64,000 bases of DNA from Albugo candida (Eukaryota). Positions 49,520-63,201 of this stretch are shown here, piece after piece; within the stretch, counting starts at the first letter, position 1, and the number at the start of each line of letters is the position of its first letter. The translations under genes were made by a program, and so were the position numbers. The stretch spans positions 248,001 to 312,000 of the forward strand of contig JBDOQK010000010.1 in assembly GCA_040437565.1 (NCBI GenBank), written 5' to 3'. The notes under the pieces were generated by a model. The model saw only the letters and a program-made list of their open reading frames with translations, searched no databases and was not told where the DNA came from.

Positions 49520-50559
49520 GAATCCATTTCCGATCTTATGATTGGCTGATTGCATTGCGACAACTTTACCAACTCTAACCAGCTGGTGGGGCATGTTGAA
49601 GAGCGAAAGTAGACTCTCCAAGTCGACATCACCACTTCTTTAGTGGGGACCGTCTCGCGAAAGGTGTCGTACACCACCTGACACCCGAGTCGGTGAAGAG
49701 ATTGGAGAATGTCGGACCGGTCTTCCTCCACGCCGACACCGAAGACATCGAGGTAGTATTTTGCTTCCAGAGTATCAAACTCTCGGAAGAAATACGTTTC
49801 GCCAAGGATAGTCACCGGCTTACACTCCAACTGCTAGAAGGCATTCGTCGTGGTGACCATCACCCTGATGTTTCCCACAGGCATTTTGTACACCTGAGCG
49901 ATGGAACCGCTCTCCAGTAGGCTTTCGATTGCCGGATTGCCATGGTCTCGCATTAGAATGGTCAAAATTTTCCCATTTGGAAGGTTGCTTTCCGGATTTG
50001 GAAAGCTCTTGCTGCTTCCAATTTCGCAGACAAACTGACCAATCCGGGTGGTCCCCATCAGCATATAGCTGCAGTATAACCTCGACATCCGAGGCTTCGG
50101 CTTTGGGAGCTCCACGCGAAATTTCGCCCGCCCGAGCTGTAGCCTGGTCCTTACGTAAGGACTCCTGTGACTTGATAAGGTCAGCAAGAGTGGGACTTTT
50201 AGAGTCGTCCACACTTGCAGTTGCCTTTGGGTCACCCTGTGACGAGGTAACGGTAGTACCACATGTACCACCGGTACCACATCCTACACCGGTAGTACCG
50301 GTATTACCCTGTACCGTCACACTGAGGGCGGGGGTACTTTCCACGTCATCACATAGGGGTGATGACTCATCAACAATCATGCAATCACCCAAAACAGGGT
50401 GACTCATGAGTGTTGCCATGTCACTACAAGTGGACGCTAGCACCCTGGGTTGTGTCAATATGTCGACTTGAAGCATTGTTTTCGAGAGGAAAGAGTTAAA
50501 AAAAGTAGTTGTTTTGTACTGAATTGGCGCGTTACGTAGTAGCCGGCAAATTGAGAAGT
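49520..50559 (-). mobile_element. LINE 5' end/ORF1 remnant (copy B), truncated by a gap
   Basis: Frameshifted ORF pieces 49820-50476, 49834-50280 and 49520-49830 (LDVFG..LHRLGCQ..TWRVYF); homologous to copy A. The LINE ORF1 assignment is from recalled oomycete L1 ORF1 similarity. Confidence 0.6.
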
Positions 50560-52244
50560 CTCATTCTATAACATCAGTGTAGTGTGAAGCGGGATACATA
50601 GCAGCCCAAGTCGAGAAACATTCCGATGACATCTGGTAATCAGCCGTCCATACACAATAATGAGCATGATGTATGCCTGTCATAATTCTACGATTGAAAA
50701 ATATTTCGTACAAAAGAAAACAGTTTATACACGGAATGAGTGCTTACATGGAGGGAGGGACCTTTGTTGGAAGAGAATGTCAGTAAATTCCCATTACTAA
50801 CGCACGCGCTTCTAAAATTGTATTTTGGAAGTCTTGCCACTGCTTCCGCGGAAAGTCAGTACTGGTAATGTCGTTACAAGCGGAAAATATTTTATGATAT
50901 AAAAAGCTTGAGGTGGACTTACATCAGCTAATAATGCACTAAGCACCTATCCTCATAAAATTATACAATCCAATTTACCTTTAACAGGTTGACAGCCACA
51001 AATTCATCTTTTCTTCGGCTACGACTTCAAGCACAATGATATGTTAAAAGCAGCTAATCATTCCAGCTTTGTGTTCAATGCTCGGATGCAGCGGATGTGT
51101 AAGAGATTGCGCAACCACATTGCCAGAGTAAAATCTCTTACGAGGTTAATATCTCTGTTGCGAATTAGAGGTCAACGGTATGTAGGCATTCGAGATACTC
51201 TCAACGATAGTTAGTCTCAATGCTCAGTTCATTGTAAGCACATGCACAACCGCTCAAGCATGCGACATATTAATGTACTTTCTCTTGACGCGTTCGTTGC
51301 ATACCAATATTCAAATGGTACGAAGACTGCATGAAAACAAAGATGAAGGAGGAGGGAATGTGATGGATCTTTTTAGCAGAATAGATAAATTCTGGTTGTC
51401 AATTGAATTAATTGGCCCCAAAGTGAAGTTGAACAAGCAGCTTGCGATGCTCCCATATAGCATCCACGAGAAACTCGTTTAGATTGTCAAGATCAAGAAA
51501 GTATTCCTGAAATGGACTTCTCATGGGCAAAAGAAACGCTTTTTGACAAATTTCAAATATCAATTATAAAGAACCCGATGAAAAGGCAAAGGAGGTCCAT
51601 TCTAACCGACCAAGAAAAGTGATGCAAACACGAAGACGAATCGAGCGGCAAATCTACAATAAAAAATGTTTACGATGTAAGAAATTAGGGGCATAAACAA
51701 AAACATTCCTGGTAAGAAACCAAGGAGATCAGTGAAGAAGCTTATTTCTAAGCGGCATTCCAAGTGGTGGAGTTCACAGCGTGTATCCTGAACAGTAAAG
51801 TGTGTAGCATATGTGTTTGTATGAAAAAGAATTTTTTTGGACCTACAAGTAGTAAAAAAAAGCATTCTNNNNNNNNNNNNNNNNNNNNNNNNNNNNNNNN
51901 NNNNNNNNNNNNNNNNNNNNNNNNNNNNNNNNNNNNNNNNNNNNNNNNNNNNNNNNNNNNNNNNNNNNCAAGTAGTAAAAAAAAGCATTCTGAAAACCAT
52001 TGGATACTAAAGTTCCATATTCATCGCAGCCACAATAATCTTGCAAAGCGATTTCATTGACCAATTACGGACAGAGGAAGATGCATGTTGCCGTAAATGC
52101 AACGGGAAAGGAAATGGTGTGCAGAAGCTCTGAACACTTCTTTCTACATATTGAAAAGAGTACCATTGGTTGCAAACCAATAAAACAGACTTTGGGAATA
52201 ATGGTATTGTTATCAATTTAATATTGTGTTTTGATAGGTTTTAA

Positions 52245-53623
52245 AACCGGTGACTGTCCTGCAAACCAAGAATTCGAAACGACCCAAATCTGAAGAGAGG
52301 TTTAAAGCTGCATTATTTCTAGGCAACTTCTAAAATACGGAAGAATATCGCGTATGCCATTTGAAATCTCACCGTTTGGCAACAACCCGTCTTGCTACTC
52401 TTCAAGACTTTTAATCATCGGTTTACGCTTGACCTTTGTGCGAAGATTAATCAGCCCATTGAACGATTGGAGTTCGAGTTAAAAAAATTGGAGTTCGTGG
52501 CAAACGAGACTGATTCTGAAGTAGATATACCCTTTAAAAGCAATTGAGCTATGGAGATTGGTAGAGATAATGATGAACAAGCTGACCCAAGTGAAGATAA
52601 TGTCAATACGGATAGTTATACTGATACGGTATTCGTGTCCAGAAAAAGATAAGATGGTTTGTATCGCTCTCCATTATGAGCATGATCGTGACATGAAACC
52701 GAATCAAAGCGAGCATGCCAGCATAGTCATGATTCTCAGGTGCCATTTTTCTGTTAGGTTTAGAGAGAATCGAGGACGGAATAAACTGCGAATCAGACTA
52801 GAGCATGCCATTGCTTTGGTGAACTCACCAACGTATAGAAAAATGCAATCTCACTATTCAAATGAATGAAAAATTGACATTGATGAAGATATCAAAGCGC
52901 TTGATGGCCCGAGTTCTTGGACGCTGATATAGCAAAAATGGAACAGGAAGGTTATTGGAACAAAAAGGTATCTACTATGGAGGGAAATCGAGTTGGTCGA
53001 CAGCAAATATCAGAGCTAGACTCGATGTTTTAGGATATCAACAAAAATAAGGGTTTGATTATGTAGATTCATTTGCACCAGTTCCGGATAAGTATTCCAT
53101 CCGTGATTACTTATCGGCTTGCTGTTCCGGACATTTTCCACAATAAGCAACATGATGTCGATACCGCTTCTCCCAATGGACAACTAGACGAAGACAGAAA
53201 TATTCACTCACCAAGACTGTTCAACGCAAAAAGAAGTGAGTATGGGTTGACGCAAGCAGAATCAGCGTGGTTCTAAGAAAAACGAAAGTGTTGTGAAATA
53301 TGAATTTTAATGGTGTTCGATAGACTCATGCATATGAAATCAATTAAATGGAAAGTCGATGATAAACATAGGCATTTTTTATATTGAGACTTTCGTTGAC
53401 GAATTGACGGTACAAGAGATGAATGATATTGTTGCGAAGTAAGGAATCACTCTGAGGTGGTTGAACATAAAAAAGTCAAATATGCTTGAAGTACATAAGG
53501 GTTGGGATGAAGCATAACGTTTTAAGATAAAATATCCAGCACACATGGGATGATGCAAAATTTCTATCAAAGTTAGATAAACAAGTTTCTAATTTAATTT
53601 CGTAGGTAACATTGTAAAAAAAT
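52245..53623 (+). mobile_element. Degenerate Ty1/copia pol fragment (post-integrase SH3 region and RT)
   Basis: KRPKSEERFKAALFLG; GYQQK*GFDYVDSFAPV; QHDVDTASPNGQLDE; KRSEYGLTQAESAWF; FVDEL. Confidence 0.85.
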
Positions 53624-55149
53624 NNNNNNNNNNNNNNNNNNNNNNNNNNNNNNNNNNNNNNNNNNNNNNNNNNNNNNNNNNNNNNNNNNNNNNNNNNNNN
53701 NNNNNNNNNNNNNNNNNNNNNNNTTCTGAAAAACTCAATCTACACCTAATAATTTAGCGGTTATAAACTTCTTTTTTTCATGGTTCAGTACCCTATTTAA
53801 GAGCACAAAACATTCTTCCCAAGTTTGATTGCATTTAGTGCTAGTGGTGAGATTTTGAGGCGCCAACTGATTAATCGAAAAAAAAAAATTCAAATTTAAG
53901 TCATAATGTGACAATCCAGAACCGACCCGTTGTCTCAATTTTTCTAAGATTTTCGATACTGTACACTTGCTTCCGTTTTCAAGAGGCCAAAATATTCACA
54001 TTCAAGCCTGGTTGCATTCAATATTTTTAAGTAAGGTGTTCAGAGTCCTACGTAATAGCCAAAGAGCAAATATATTTTGGTAGCCATTCATCTATAAGCA
54101 TTGAATCAACAGAGCTTGTGTCAAAACAAGAAATAAAGAAGTGAGATTAACCTTTGGGCTCTTGACTTACTATCAGCTAGTCCAAACCTTATTCCAACCT
54201 TTCCTAAAGTAACGTCACCAGCATTATTCGCATTTCAGTATCATGCCTCACATTTGTAATCTTTTGTAAGTCATCATTTCAGACTTCTCGAACTGTTCTC
54301 AAGTAATTTATGCAGGTGCAATGCCTCTTCACTAAGCCATGACTGTTTTGCGCAGCATGAATGATGAATGACGAGATGCATGCCAACTATACTGCTGCGA
54401 TTAAAAAAAAAGTTGTCTACGAGAAGACTTTTTTCAGCTGAAATGATTTCGTGCAGAAACGGGCCTTCTTGTCCAGGATATCATTACACTGTTTATCTAG
54501 TTCTTGATAGTTCTTTAACTTCCTTGGCTTGGATTCCATGAGCCCCTGAGTGAGTGAATATCACTTACGTCTGACTTTGAACCTAGGGAGGTAGACATTT
54601 ATCAAGCCTATTGCTTGAGTGGGCTCAAACCACTGCCCACACTACCGGGATCTAACTGACGAACTCCGGCAGGGGTTTCGTGCGCCAAAGTGCTCAACCG
54701 ACGGAGCTGGGTACGGATCGTGCAAAAACGGGCCTTTTCTCATCATTCCAAAAGGAGCAAGCTTGGAAGGAAGTATAGAACTTTACTCTCGGTTCAAATC
54801 TTCTTGTAGCGAAGTGATCTTAGCATCATTGTGGTTCAAACATCGATATAGGCCAGTTTTCGCGTGCTCACAAAGAACTTCGATATTTATTCGTTCTTGG
54901 ATCAACTAAGGGTTGATAACAAAGTTCCGGAAGAAAAACCTTCCTGTGGAATATTGCACGAATTTCACCGTAAGTGTGTTGGCTGATAAACTTGATGTGT
55001 CCAGTTTGTAATGCTCCAATGAAGATGTTTCTTACTGGAAAGGAACTGCATTGAGTAAATATGTTGTTAGACGAACCGCTTTATATAACAATGGTTTATT
55101 CAGGTAAGGTGGTAAAAAATATATTTTTCAAGCTAAAATGAAGCTTGAC

Positions 55150-55560
55150 TCCCGTTTTCATTTTGCTCCAATTAACGTATGACTAGTAGTCAATGCATGT
55201 GATTTTGTCAATACTGTAGACATGTTTTATTGTTTTTTTCCTCACCACAAAACCAAAGGAAAAAAAGGTTTTACTCTTGCTAGCTGCGGCATCCAATTAT
55301 GTAGAGTCTAATTCATAGAAGCTCATATGAGTCCAGTAATAAATCAAGCTTGTGACATTTATTACAGGATGTATCCAGTGCCTGTTGCGACAATGAATAA
55401 ATTTAGTATTCATTCTGTTCCTTCTTCTTGGAACATTCTTCTTGCCGCAAAACGGTTTTACCGCGTCAATATTGCGCAGTCTAATATTGGAATAAATCGG
55501 AGTCCAATTTTAAATGTGTTCCCTTCTGGAAATGTAATTTGCGTCTTGACAAATGCGAAT
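55150..55560 (-). mobile_element. Possible Helitron Pif1-helicase remnant
   Basis: Frameshifted FKIG..PIL/LRNIDAVKPFCGK resembles LKVG.PIMLLRNLD...LCNG; a weak LTKSH segment (MTINKSQG-like) lies downstream. Confidence 0.3.
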
Positions 55561-57587
55561 TACAGCCTTTGTTTAGAGCAACACAGGGACGGTTATTGCT
55601 GTGATCCTACTTTCACGGAAAAGGAACGTACCCATCACCCCATATAGTCAGGGTCGTTGAAAAGAGTTATCAAAGGGCGCAAACTATTAGAATTGATGTT
55701 TCACCCGTATATCCGAACGAATATGTAGCAAAGGAGCGTAAACAATATTCTATCAAGTCTAGAGGATTTGATATGTACAATAGTTAATCAGCTCAACCAA
55801 GTTTCTGAACCATTCATTTTCACCAAGTAATGTCACATAATGCTATGATTTCATGCTCTTAGATCTGGTGCATACGATCACAATATGTGCAGAAAGGAAT
55901 GGATAAAATTTCTCAATTGTCGAAGTGCCGTAGCGAGGTCATATTCGTTCGAGATATGAAGAATCAACAAAATGAAACTTTTCGAGTTACACGAAACTCT
56001 GATACGCACACATTCAATCATGGATTATTTCAGGGGAGTGCATTAGATCTTTTTCAGATCTTTGTCTAGAAAAAACGAAGTTCAGTCCTATCTAGAAATA
56101 GGGAGCTTTACAGAGCCAAATGAAAAGCTGGGCTGATCCCGCTTTGAATGCAGTATTACATAAAGACGATTATCAATACAAAAATTTATCGAGTCGACAT
56201 CTTGAAGCGGAAGAAATGATTTGTAGGTCACATAGTACCAAGATACAGAGGGTAGAAAGTAAGGCTGCGTTGGACGCGTTAGGATATCATGGAAGGAACT
56301 TATTTCTGCCTTAAACTAGAAATCAATCCTCCAGTAGAAGATTTGATTCACCATACTTACACATCAACAAATCGCATGCTAAGATGAATTTTTTGTTTGC
56401 TAGGAATTTGCTCACCCAAAACAAAATAATTGAAAAAGATTTTTAGTTTTTACGCGGATAACGGATGTACATGAGTTTGTGATCATATTACGATAAAAAA
56501 TAATCATGTGGTATGCACTTATAAACGAATGCATAAAACAGACCCTAACATCATTTTCTTATTCGGATGTGGCTAACTAGACAAGGAGTTTTACATCCCA
56601 CACTCAAGACCGAATCTTTCCTCTATATTTACGGATTGGGATGAAGGCTACCTAACGATTGATGTTCATAAAATACCCTCGTGTTTCTCGTATCATGTGC
56701 CAGAATCTTCATCTATTCTGGAATGCTGAGGTTCAATTTTTTCGATTGGATATATAAGAATTTGAGAAGCAAGTTTGAAGGGGTGCCATGAATTTTTATA
56801 CAATTCATCAGCTCCTATACTATCATGTTTAAATTCCTTTCCTCCTACTTCAACGTGGGAATATTACGTAAGTCTTGCTTCACAGCTGTGTAAGCCTTTT
56901 AATGGTGCACGACATCACGCAACTGATCCAAAGCAAAAAATTTGAAAACAAAAAAGAGCATTATGACTTTCAAACGGGCAAGGAACACTGTTTTTACGAC
57001 ATCTTTGTGATGCGTACTTAGGGGCGCTAGGTATGGATGTGTACAATTGACCGCCGCAGTCTGAATATGGTGATATTTATTGGCCTATTGAGCAACTGAC
57101 CAATAAATTCCAATCGATTTCAACACCCTTAAAAAAAAGGGCGTCTATTGATATTTTCTAATCAAATAGGATTCCGCAGCGTTATTCGAAACATATGTCA
57201 ATGATCATGAGTGACGTAATAAGATTATATGAGGACGAAAAAAGTTCAAGATCCAAAACAAGCTTACCAAAAGGATTTTGGAATCGTTCTGAGAGAATTG
57301 TTTTATCTATTCTATGAAGTTGAGTATATCCAAAATACCTCGCGGGTTTCAAATCAGGACGACGCCGCAACGCATCCGTGGCTGTCTTTGAAAAGAATTA
57401 AGATCTTCTAAGTAGCGGCGCAAGTAGCTACATGACCTTCGATGTGCGTAATTTCGATAACCATCAAATGCTCAGAAACGAGCAGTTTTTTGGATTAAAA
57501 ATGGAGCATTAATCGAACCAACAAGCACTGGTTGTTTCAGAGTTTTTGTTACAAAGTCGGATCACGAGATGTAATTAATTACGCCAT

Positions 57588-58892
57588 TGTTGGAATTTTC
57601 CATACAAGGTCCAGCGATGCACCATCCTTTGTACCTTGGATCCTTGGATCCTAATTTCACCATTAGCTTATTTGAGTCCTTACTGCGGTTTCCATTATCG
57701 CAAATTCTATTCCATTAGTAATGATACAACCAACACTTACTTTCCGCGTGAGTAATCTTGTGATGTTCTCCGAGCGTTCTCAAAAGAAATTGCGTGGGCA
57801 TCTGACGTACATACCTGAACGTATCCTCCAACACTCCCCTCAACCCAACATTTCTGATGTCCGCCTGATGAATCAATCCGTGGAATAGCTTCGTCGAAAT
57901 AGACTTTATCAAGGAAACTGCAAGTTGATGTTTCGATTCAATGTACTCAATCTTTATTTTGCCATCCTTCTGTTGATCACGAAATGAATATGCTTTAACC
58001 GACTTCAAAACCTATTATTTCTCGCAATAGTAATTGCGCTTTGATTGTCCTCAAAAATAGTTACGTGTTAACCAGTCTTTGCCCTCAACTCGGATAGCGA
58101 ATACTAGAGCCATACTACTGTCTGAATGCAGAGTGAAAGTGCACGGTAGTCTGCCGCGGCCGTTCTAAGCGTTACCTTTGCTTTATTTTTGAGTTGAAGA
58201 TCATTGGGGCATCGTTAATCATAACCATGATTCCAAAAACAGATTTTCTGTCCTCCTTTCTATTCGCCCTTTGTGCGTCAAAATACGCACATACTTTCGA
58301 AAACGTTTCGCCGCCTCTATAACTGATCTTATTCTCACTTGTTGACTTCAAATACCTCAGAACTCATCGCTTCTTTCAGTATTCTTCGTTAGGTTGGTCC
58401 AAGTGTCGACTAAGTTGACCGACTGAAAAGGAAATATCTGCTCTTCTGCCATCTGAAATGTATAGTAAGAATCCAACTTAAAAGTGATAAGGACGAAAGT
58501 TCATTCTACAGATCCTTCAATTTTTGATAAATGTTTGCCTTGTACATTTAAATTCCAAACCTGCTTAGCGTCGGTTTGGTTGATTTTCGGACCGTTATAT
58601 GTGTGCTGGATGCTTGATATATGCTCATTAAATGTTTCTTTTGATCAAAATAAACTTGTAGTCCCAGCATATATTTGACCTTTCCGAGTGCTTTAATTTG
58701 AATTGATTGCTTGGTTTCCGCGAAATCTCATTTTTTTCTGCTATTTTCGTTGTGCCAATAAACATGTCCTCAACATATAATGCGACTGTACCAGAGACTG
58801 TCCTTCTGCCGAAAGTGATAAGTCTTGTGTGCAAAGAAGAAAATATGGAAGTAAGACTAACATTAAGGTCCTTAGTTCACTATAAGCTAATC
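57588..58892 (-). mobile_element. Ty1/copia 3' end: RT/RNase H remnant, PPT and 3' LTR
   Basis: ALYVEDMFI (YVDD equivalent); IEYIESKHQLA. PPT at 57834-57843 (TTGAGGGGAG on the minus strand). LTR 57588-57833 has TGTTGGA...TCCAACA termini. Confidence 0.85.
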
Positions 58893-58992
58893 NNNNNNNN
58901 NNNNNNNNNNNNNNNNNNNNNNNNNNNNNNNNNNNNNNNNNNNNNNNNNNNNNNNNNNNNNNNNNNNNNNNNNNNNNNNNNNNNNNNNNNNN

Positions 58993-59864
58993 GCAAATGG
59001 AACAAGGCCTGACATCGCATTTGCAGTAAGCCAACTCAGTCGCCATCTCGAAAATCCTAGCAAAGAACACTGGAACGAAGCAATTAGAGTCTTTCGATAC
59101 TTGAAGTCGACAATATCGACAGGAATATGCTTTGGGACGAACAAAAGTCAGATCCAACTAACTTCATTTTGCGATGCGGATTGGGACAGTAACAAGGATA
59201 ACCGGAAATCAACATCTGGCATTATGGTTATGTTGAATTCATCTCCAGTCGTTTTCTAATCGAAATTACAGCAAAGTGTAGCTTTGAATACAGCTGAAGC
59301 ATACATATTGCAGTGCTTTATCATTATGTATACAGGAGTCATTATGGACAAAGAATCTGGTATCCGAAATTATTGTACGGGATATAGCCAGCACTATCGT
59401 ATATGAAGACAATCCGAGTGCAATAGCAATTTCAAGGAATAATGGATATCAGAGTCGTGCGAAGCATATCGACATAAGATATCACTTCATTCGAGAACAA
59501 GTACAACAAGGCAACGTAGAAATCAAGTATATCGAATCAAAGGATCAATTGGCCGATTTCTTAACGAAAGTCATTTCGACGAAACAATTCCAACAATTTG
59601 TACGGAAATCAAATGTCAGGAATTGTGCGTGGAGGGGGAGTGTCGCAATGGCATCCGCCAATCATAAGATCGGAAAAAGGTTCCGCCAATCGGGTGCTGA
59701 TATTCGAGGTCAAGAAACAATGTAAAGACAGTGCATCATATTCCACCAATCAAGATTGATAAAGCGAAGCTTATAAGACAATGCGTAAAGGCTAGGAATT
59801 AAAATAGTAACAACAACTAAGGACCCTAATATATTCACTTTCCATTTTACCAACTAAAACGACA
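58993..59864 (+). mobile_element. Ty1/copia 3' end: RT/RNase H, PPT and 3' LTR
   Basis: TRPDIAFAVSQLSRHL, FCDADW, YEDNPSAI, RAKHIDIRYHFIRE, DQLADFLTK. PPT GGAGGGGGAG at 59631-59640. LTR 59641-59864 has TGTCG...CGACA termini. Confidence 0.92.
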
Positions 59865-61934
59865 ACAAAGGGGGACTATACGGTCAATTACAAATGCGAC
59901 CGAGGAGGGTCTTACCGCAATCAGCTTGGCCCAACGGAAGAAACTAGAGCACGAAAAACCTCGACAGTTCTCGCTAATTGTCCATTCTGCTTGAAACCCA
60001 TATAGGACGACCTGCAGTTAACTGTCCACTTGGTTGAAGAGAATCAGAAGTAAATGCCATCTACCTCCACAAGCGCTCATCGTGTCCACCTCAGACTTGA
60101 AACAGATAGAAAAGACAATACTTGGATTGTATGAAGCTGGGGTCCCAACGAGAAACATCCAAACGTTTTTGCGGAAAGACTGTTGACTTGTATAGCCCAA
60201 AACAAACTGTGCAGCTTCTGCCAATCCGAGATTTTCAAAAACTCAGATGGCTGTACACCGATGGATGCCCTTCGTTGAAACAATAGTGAGCGATGATGAC
60301 GGCGGACTTTCACAACTGAACTTTGCCAATTCAAGATCTAAAGAGATGGCTCGGAGTCACAATGACATGTTATGGTGGATGCCACATACAAGACAAATGC
60401 TTTGGAGCTTCCGTTGTTGCATCTCGTTGGGTGCTCGTCAATGTATGAAACATTTTCCTTCGCATTTGTTTTCATGACAATTGAGAGCCAATCGTCATAC
60501 CCTTCAGCTTTATTTTGGGGACGCTGCTCCGCCGAAGGTTTTTGCCGCTGACTACAAGCTGGCGCTAATTTCAGAATTTTAAGGAAACTTACCAACTTCC
60601 CAACTTCTCTGATGTGTATGGCATATTGAATAGCGTATTTTTCGAGAGAAGAAGAATTGATAGCCTTCATGAAGAAATGGAGGGCAATCATATATGCAAA
60701 ATAGAAGGCTTCTTTGATGAAATATAGGAGCTTTAATTGCGTGCAGACAGCGNNNNNNNNNNNNNNNNNNNNNNNNNNNNNNNNNNNNNNNNNNNNNNNN
60801 NNNNNNNNNNNNNNNNNNNNNNNNNNNNNNNNNNNNNNNNNNNNNNNNNNNNCGGAAAAAGGTTCCGCCAATCGGGTGCTGATATTCGAGGTCAAGAAAC
60901 AATGTAAAGACAGTGCATTATATTCCACCAATCAAGATTGATACAGCGAAGCTTATAAGACAATGCGTAAAGGCTAGGAATTAAAATAGTAACAACAACT
61001 AAGGACCCTAATATATTCACTTTCCATTTTACCAACTAAAACGACAACAAAGGGGGACTATACGGTCAATTACAAATGCGACCGAGGAGGGTCTTACCGC
61101 AATCAGCTTGGCCCAACGGAAGAAACTAGAGCACGAAAAACCTCGACAGTTCTCGCTAATTGTCCATTCTGCTTGAAACCCATATAGGACGACCTGCAGT
61201 TAACTGTCCACTTGGTTGAAGAGAATCAGAAGTAAATGCCATCTACCTCCACAAGCGCTCATCGTGTCCACCTCAGACTTGAAACAGATAGAAAAGACAA
61301 TACTTGGATTGTATGAAGCTGGGGTCCCAACGAGAAACATCCAAACGTTTTTGCGGAAAGACTGTTGACTTGTATAGCCCAAAACAAACTGTGCAGCTTC
61401 TGCCAATCCGAGATTTTCAAAAACTCAGATGGCTGTACACCGATGGATGCCCTTCGTTGAAACAATAGTGAGCGATGATGACGGCGGACTTTCACAACTG
61501 AACTTTGCCAATTCAAGATCTAAAGAGATGGCTCGGAGTCACAATGACATGTTATGGTGGATGCCACATACAAGACAAATGCTTTGGAGCTTCCGTTGTT
61601 GCATCTCGTTGGGTGCTCGTCAATGTATGAAACATTTTCCTTCGCATTTGTTTTCATGACAATTGAGAGCCAATCGTCATACCCTTCAGCTTTATTTTGG
61701 GGACGCTGCTCCGCCGAAGGTTTTTGCCGCTGACTACAAGCTGGCGCTAATTTCAGAATTTTAAGGAAACTTACCAACTTCCCAACTTCTCTGATGTGTA
61801 TGGCATATTGAATAGCGTATTTTTCGAGAGAAGAAGAATTGATAGCCTTCATGAAGAAATGGAGGGCAATCATATATGCAAAATAGAAGGCTTCTTTGAT
61901 GAAATATAGGAGCTTTAATTGCGTGCAGACAGCG
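59671..61934. repeat. 1082-bp direct duplication flanking a gap (59671-60752 = 60853-61934); probable assembly overlap
   Basis: Near-identical copies on either side of the 100-N gap; two substitutions seen (59737 C/60919 T; 59762 A/60944 C). Confidence 0.9.
59835..59848 (+). promoter_or_regulatory. Oomycete INR+FPR core promoter motif within the copia LTR
   Basis: TCACTTTCCATTTT fits YCAYTYY-N-CAWTTT; second copy at 61017-61030. Confidence 0.55.
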
Positions 61935-63201
61935 CAATCATCAATTACGCTGTCACAACATGGATTCCATACAAATACATTTACGTTACTGCATGAACTG
62001 ACCATATAACGCATTTCGATCATGCTGACCCTCGCGAGGTGAAAGCGCTCACTTGATGCTCAAGCATTAGATACCAACTAGCATGGACAACCTTATTTCG
62101 TTGTAAGAAAAATTATACCTAGCCATTGGTAATAATCTTGCAGAGCAGATGTGTGCTGGCAGCGTCAACAAAATGAGAATATGAAACTATACCAGCCAAA
62201 TACTCAAAGAATGCATGATTTTTCAGGATATCATTCCGAATATTTCATTTTTTGAACTGTGTAAATCTACGAGAAGCTAAAAGTTGCTTTCAGCCACGAA
62301 GAAACGGCGAAGACGTATGCTCTCGACTATTTCGCACCTTCTGGAATCTTCCATGTAAGCAAGAACTACTTTAATATCTGCGTCGAAAACAAAACTTGCA
62401 AATGAGCGACATTCACCCGGATTGGCACTTGGCAAAGCCCCACAAACTTGGTTGTCGTCTGTTGCGGCCGGCCAGAAGTCTCTCGATGTTACTTAGTCAA
62501 TTGGCCATCAGCTATTAAGCTTTGCCAGATCATCAGCAGGCTACGATACTCGACGAAGTTCAGACACTTTCGCAATAAATTCCAAAATCTTTGCAAGAGC
62601 AAGCCCGATCCGTGCCCGAAAGGGAGGCAGCGCCAACAAGATGGATCGACGTGAGGCAATTTTACTGGATTTGAGTATTGGAACTTAGAGGAAAACCCAA
62701 AAAACGTCTATATATAGCAAATATAGCCATCATATCGTTCAAAAATAATAATACAAACAAAATAGCCAATCATACTTGTTTTGTGAGTGGCAATAAGGAA
62801 ATCGTCTGTGGCGATAACGGCTCTTTATAAAAAAATAATAACCCGGAGCCGGTTTCTAGCAATGGTGTGATTCGGCACTGCTGGATCGGCGTATGCAGAT
62901 TTACTATGCATTTGCGATTACGATGATCCATATACCAGTCAAATCCCTGAGGTTTGTGAATTAAGTACTCGGCACTTTTTCAAGTCAAACAGCGGAGAAT
63001 GCTTCCTTTTCAACGAAGAGTGAGAGTTACTATGATCCCGTAAAAGTTTGCCTGAGCAACATTCGGGTTCGGGGAAGTGATCGATCGAATTAGTCTTGGA
63101 GAGCTTGCGTAATAACTGCGTCCTAAATATCTTCACTATTGTCAGTGCACATACAGATCTTCGTCGCATCACAAGCTTCTATTTTCAGATGCACTGTTGT
63201 A

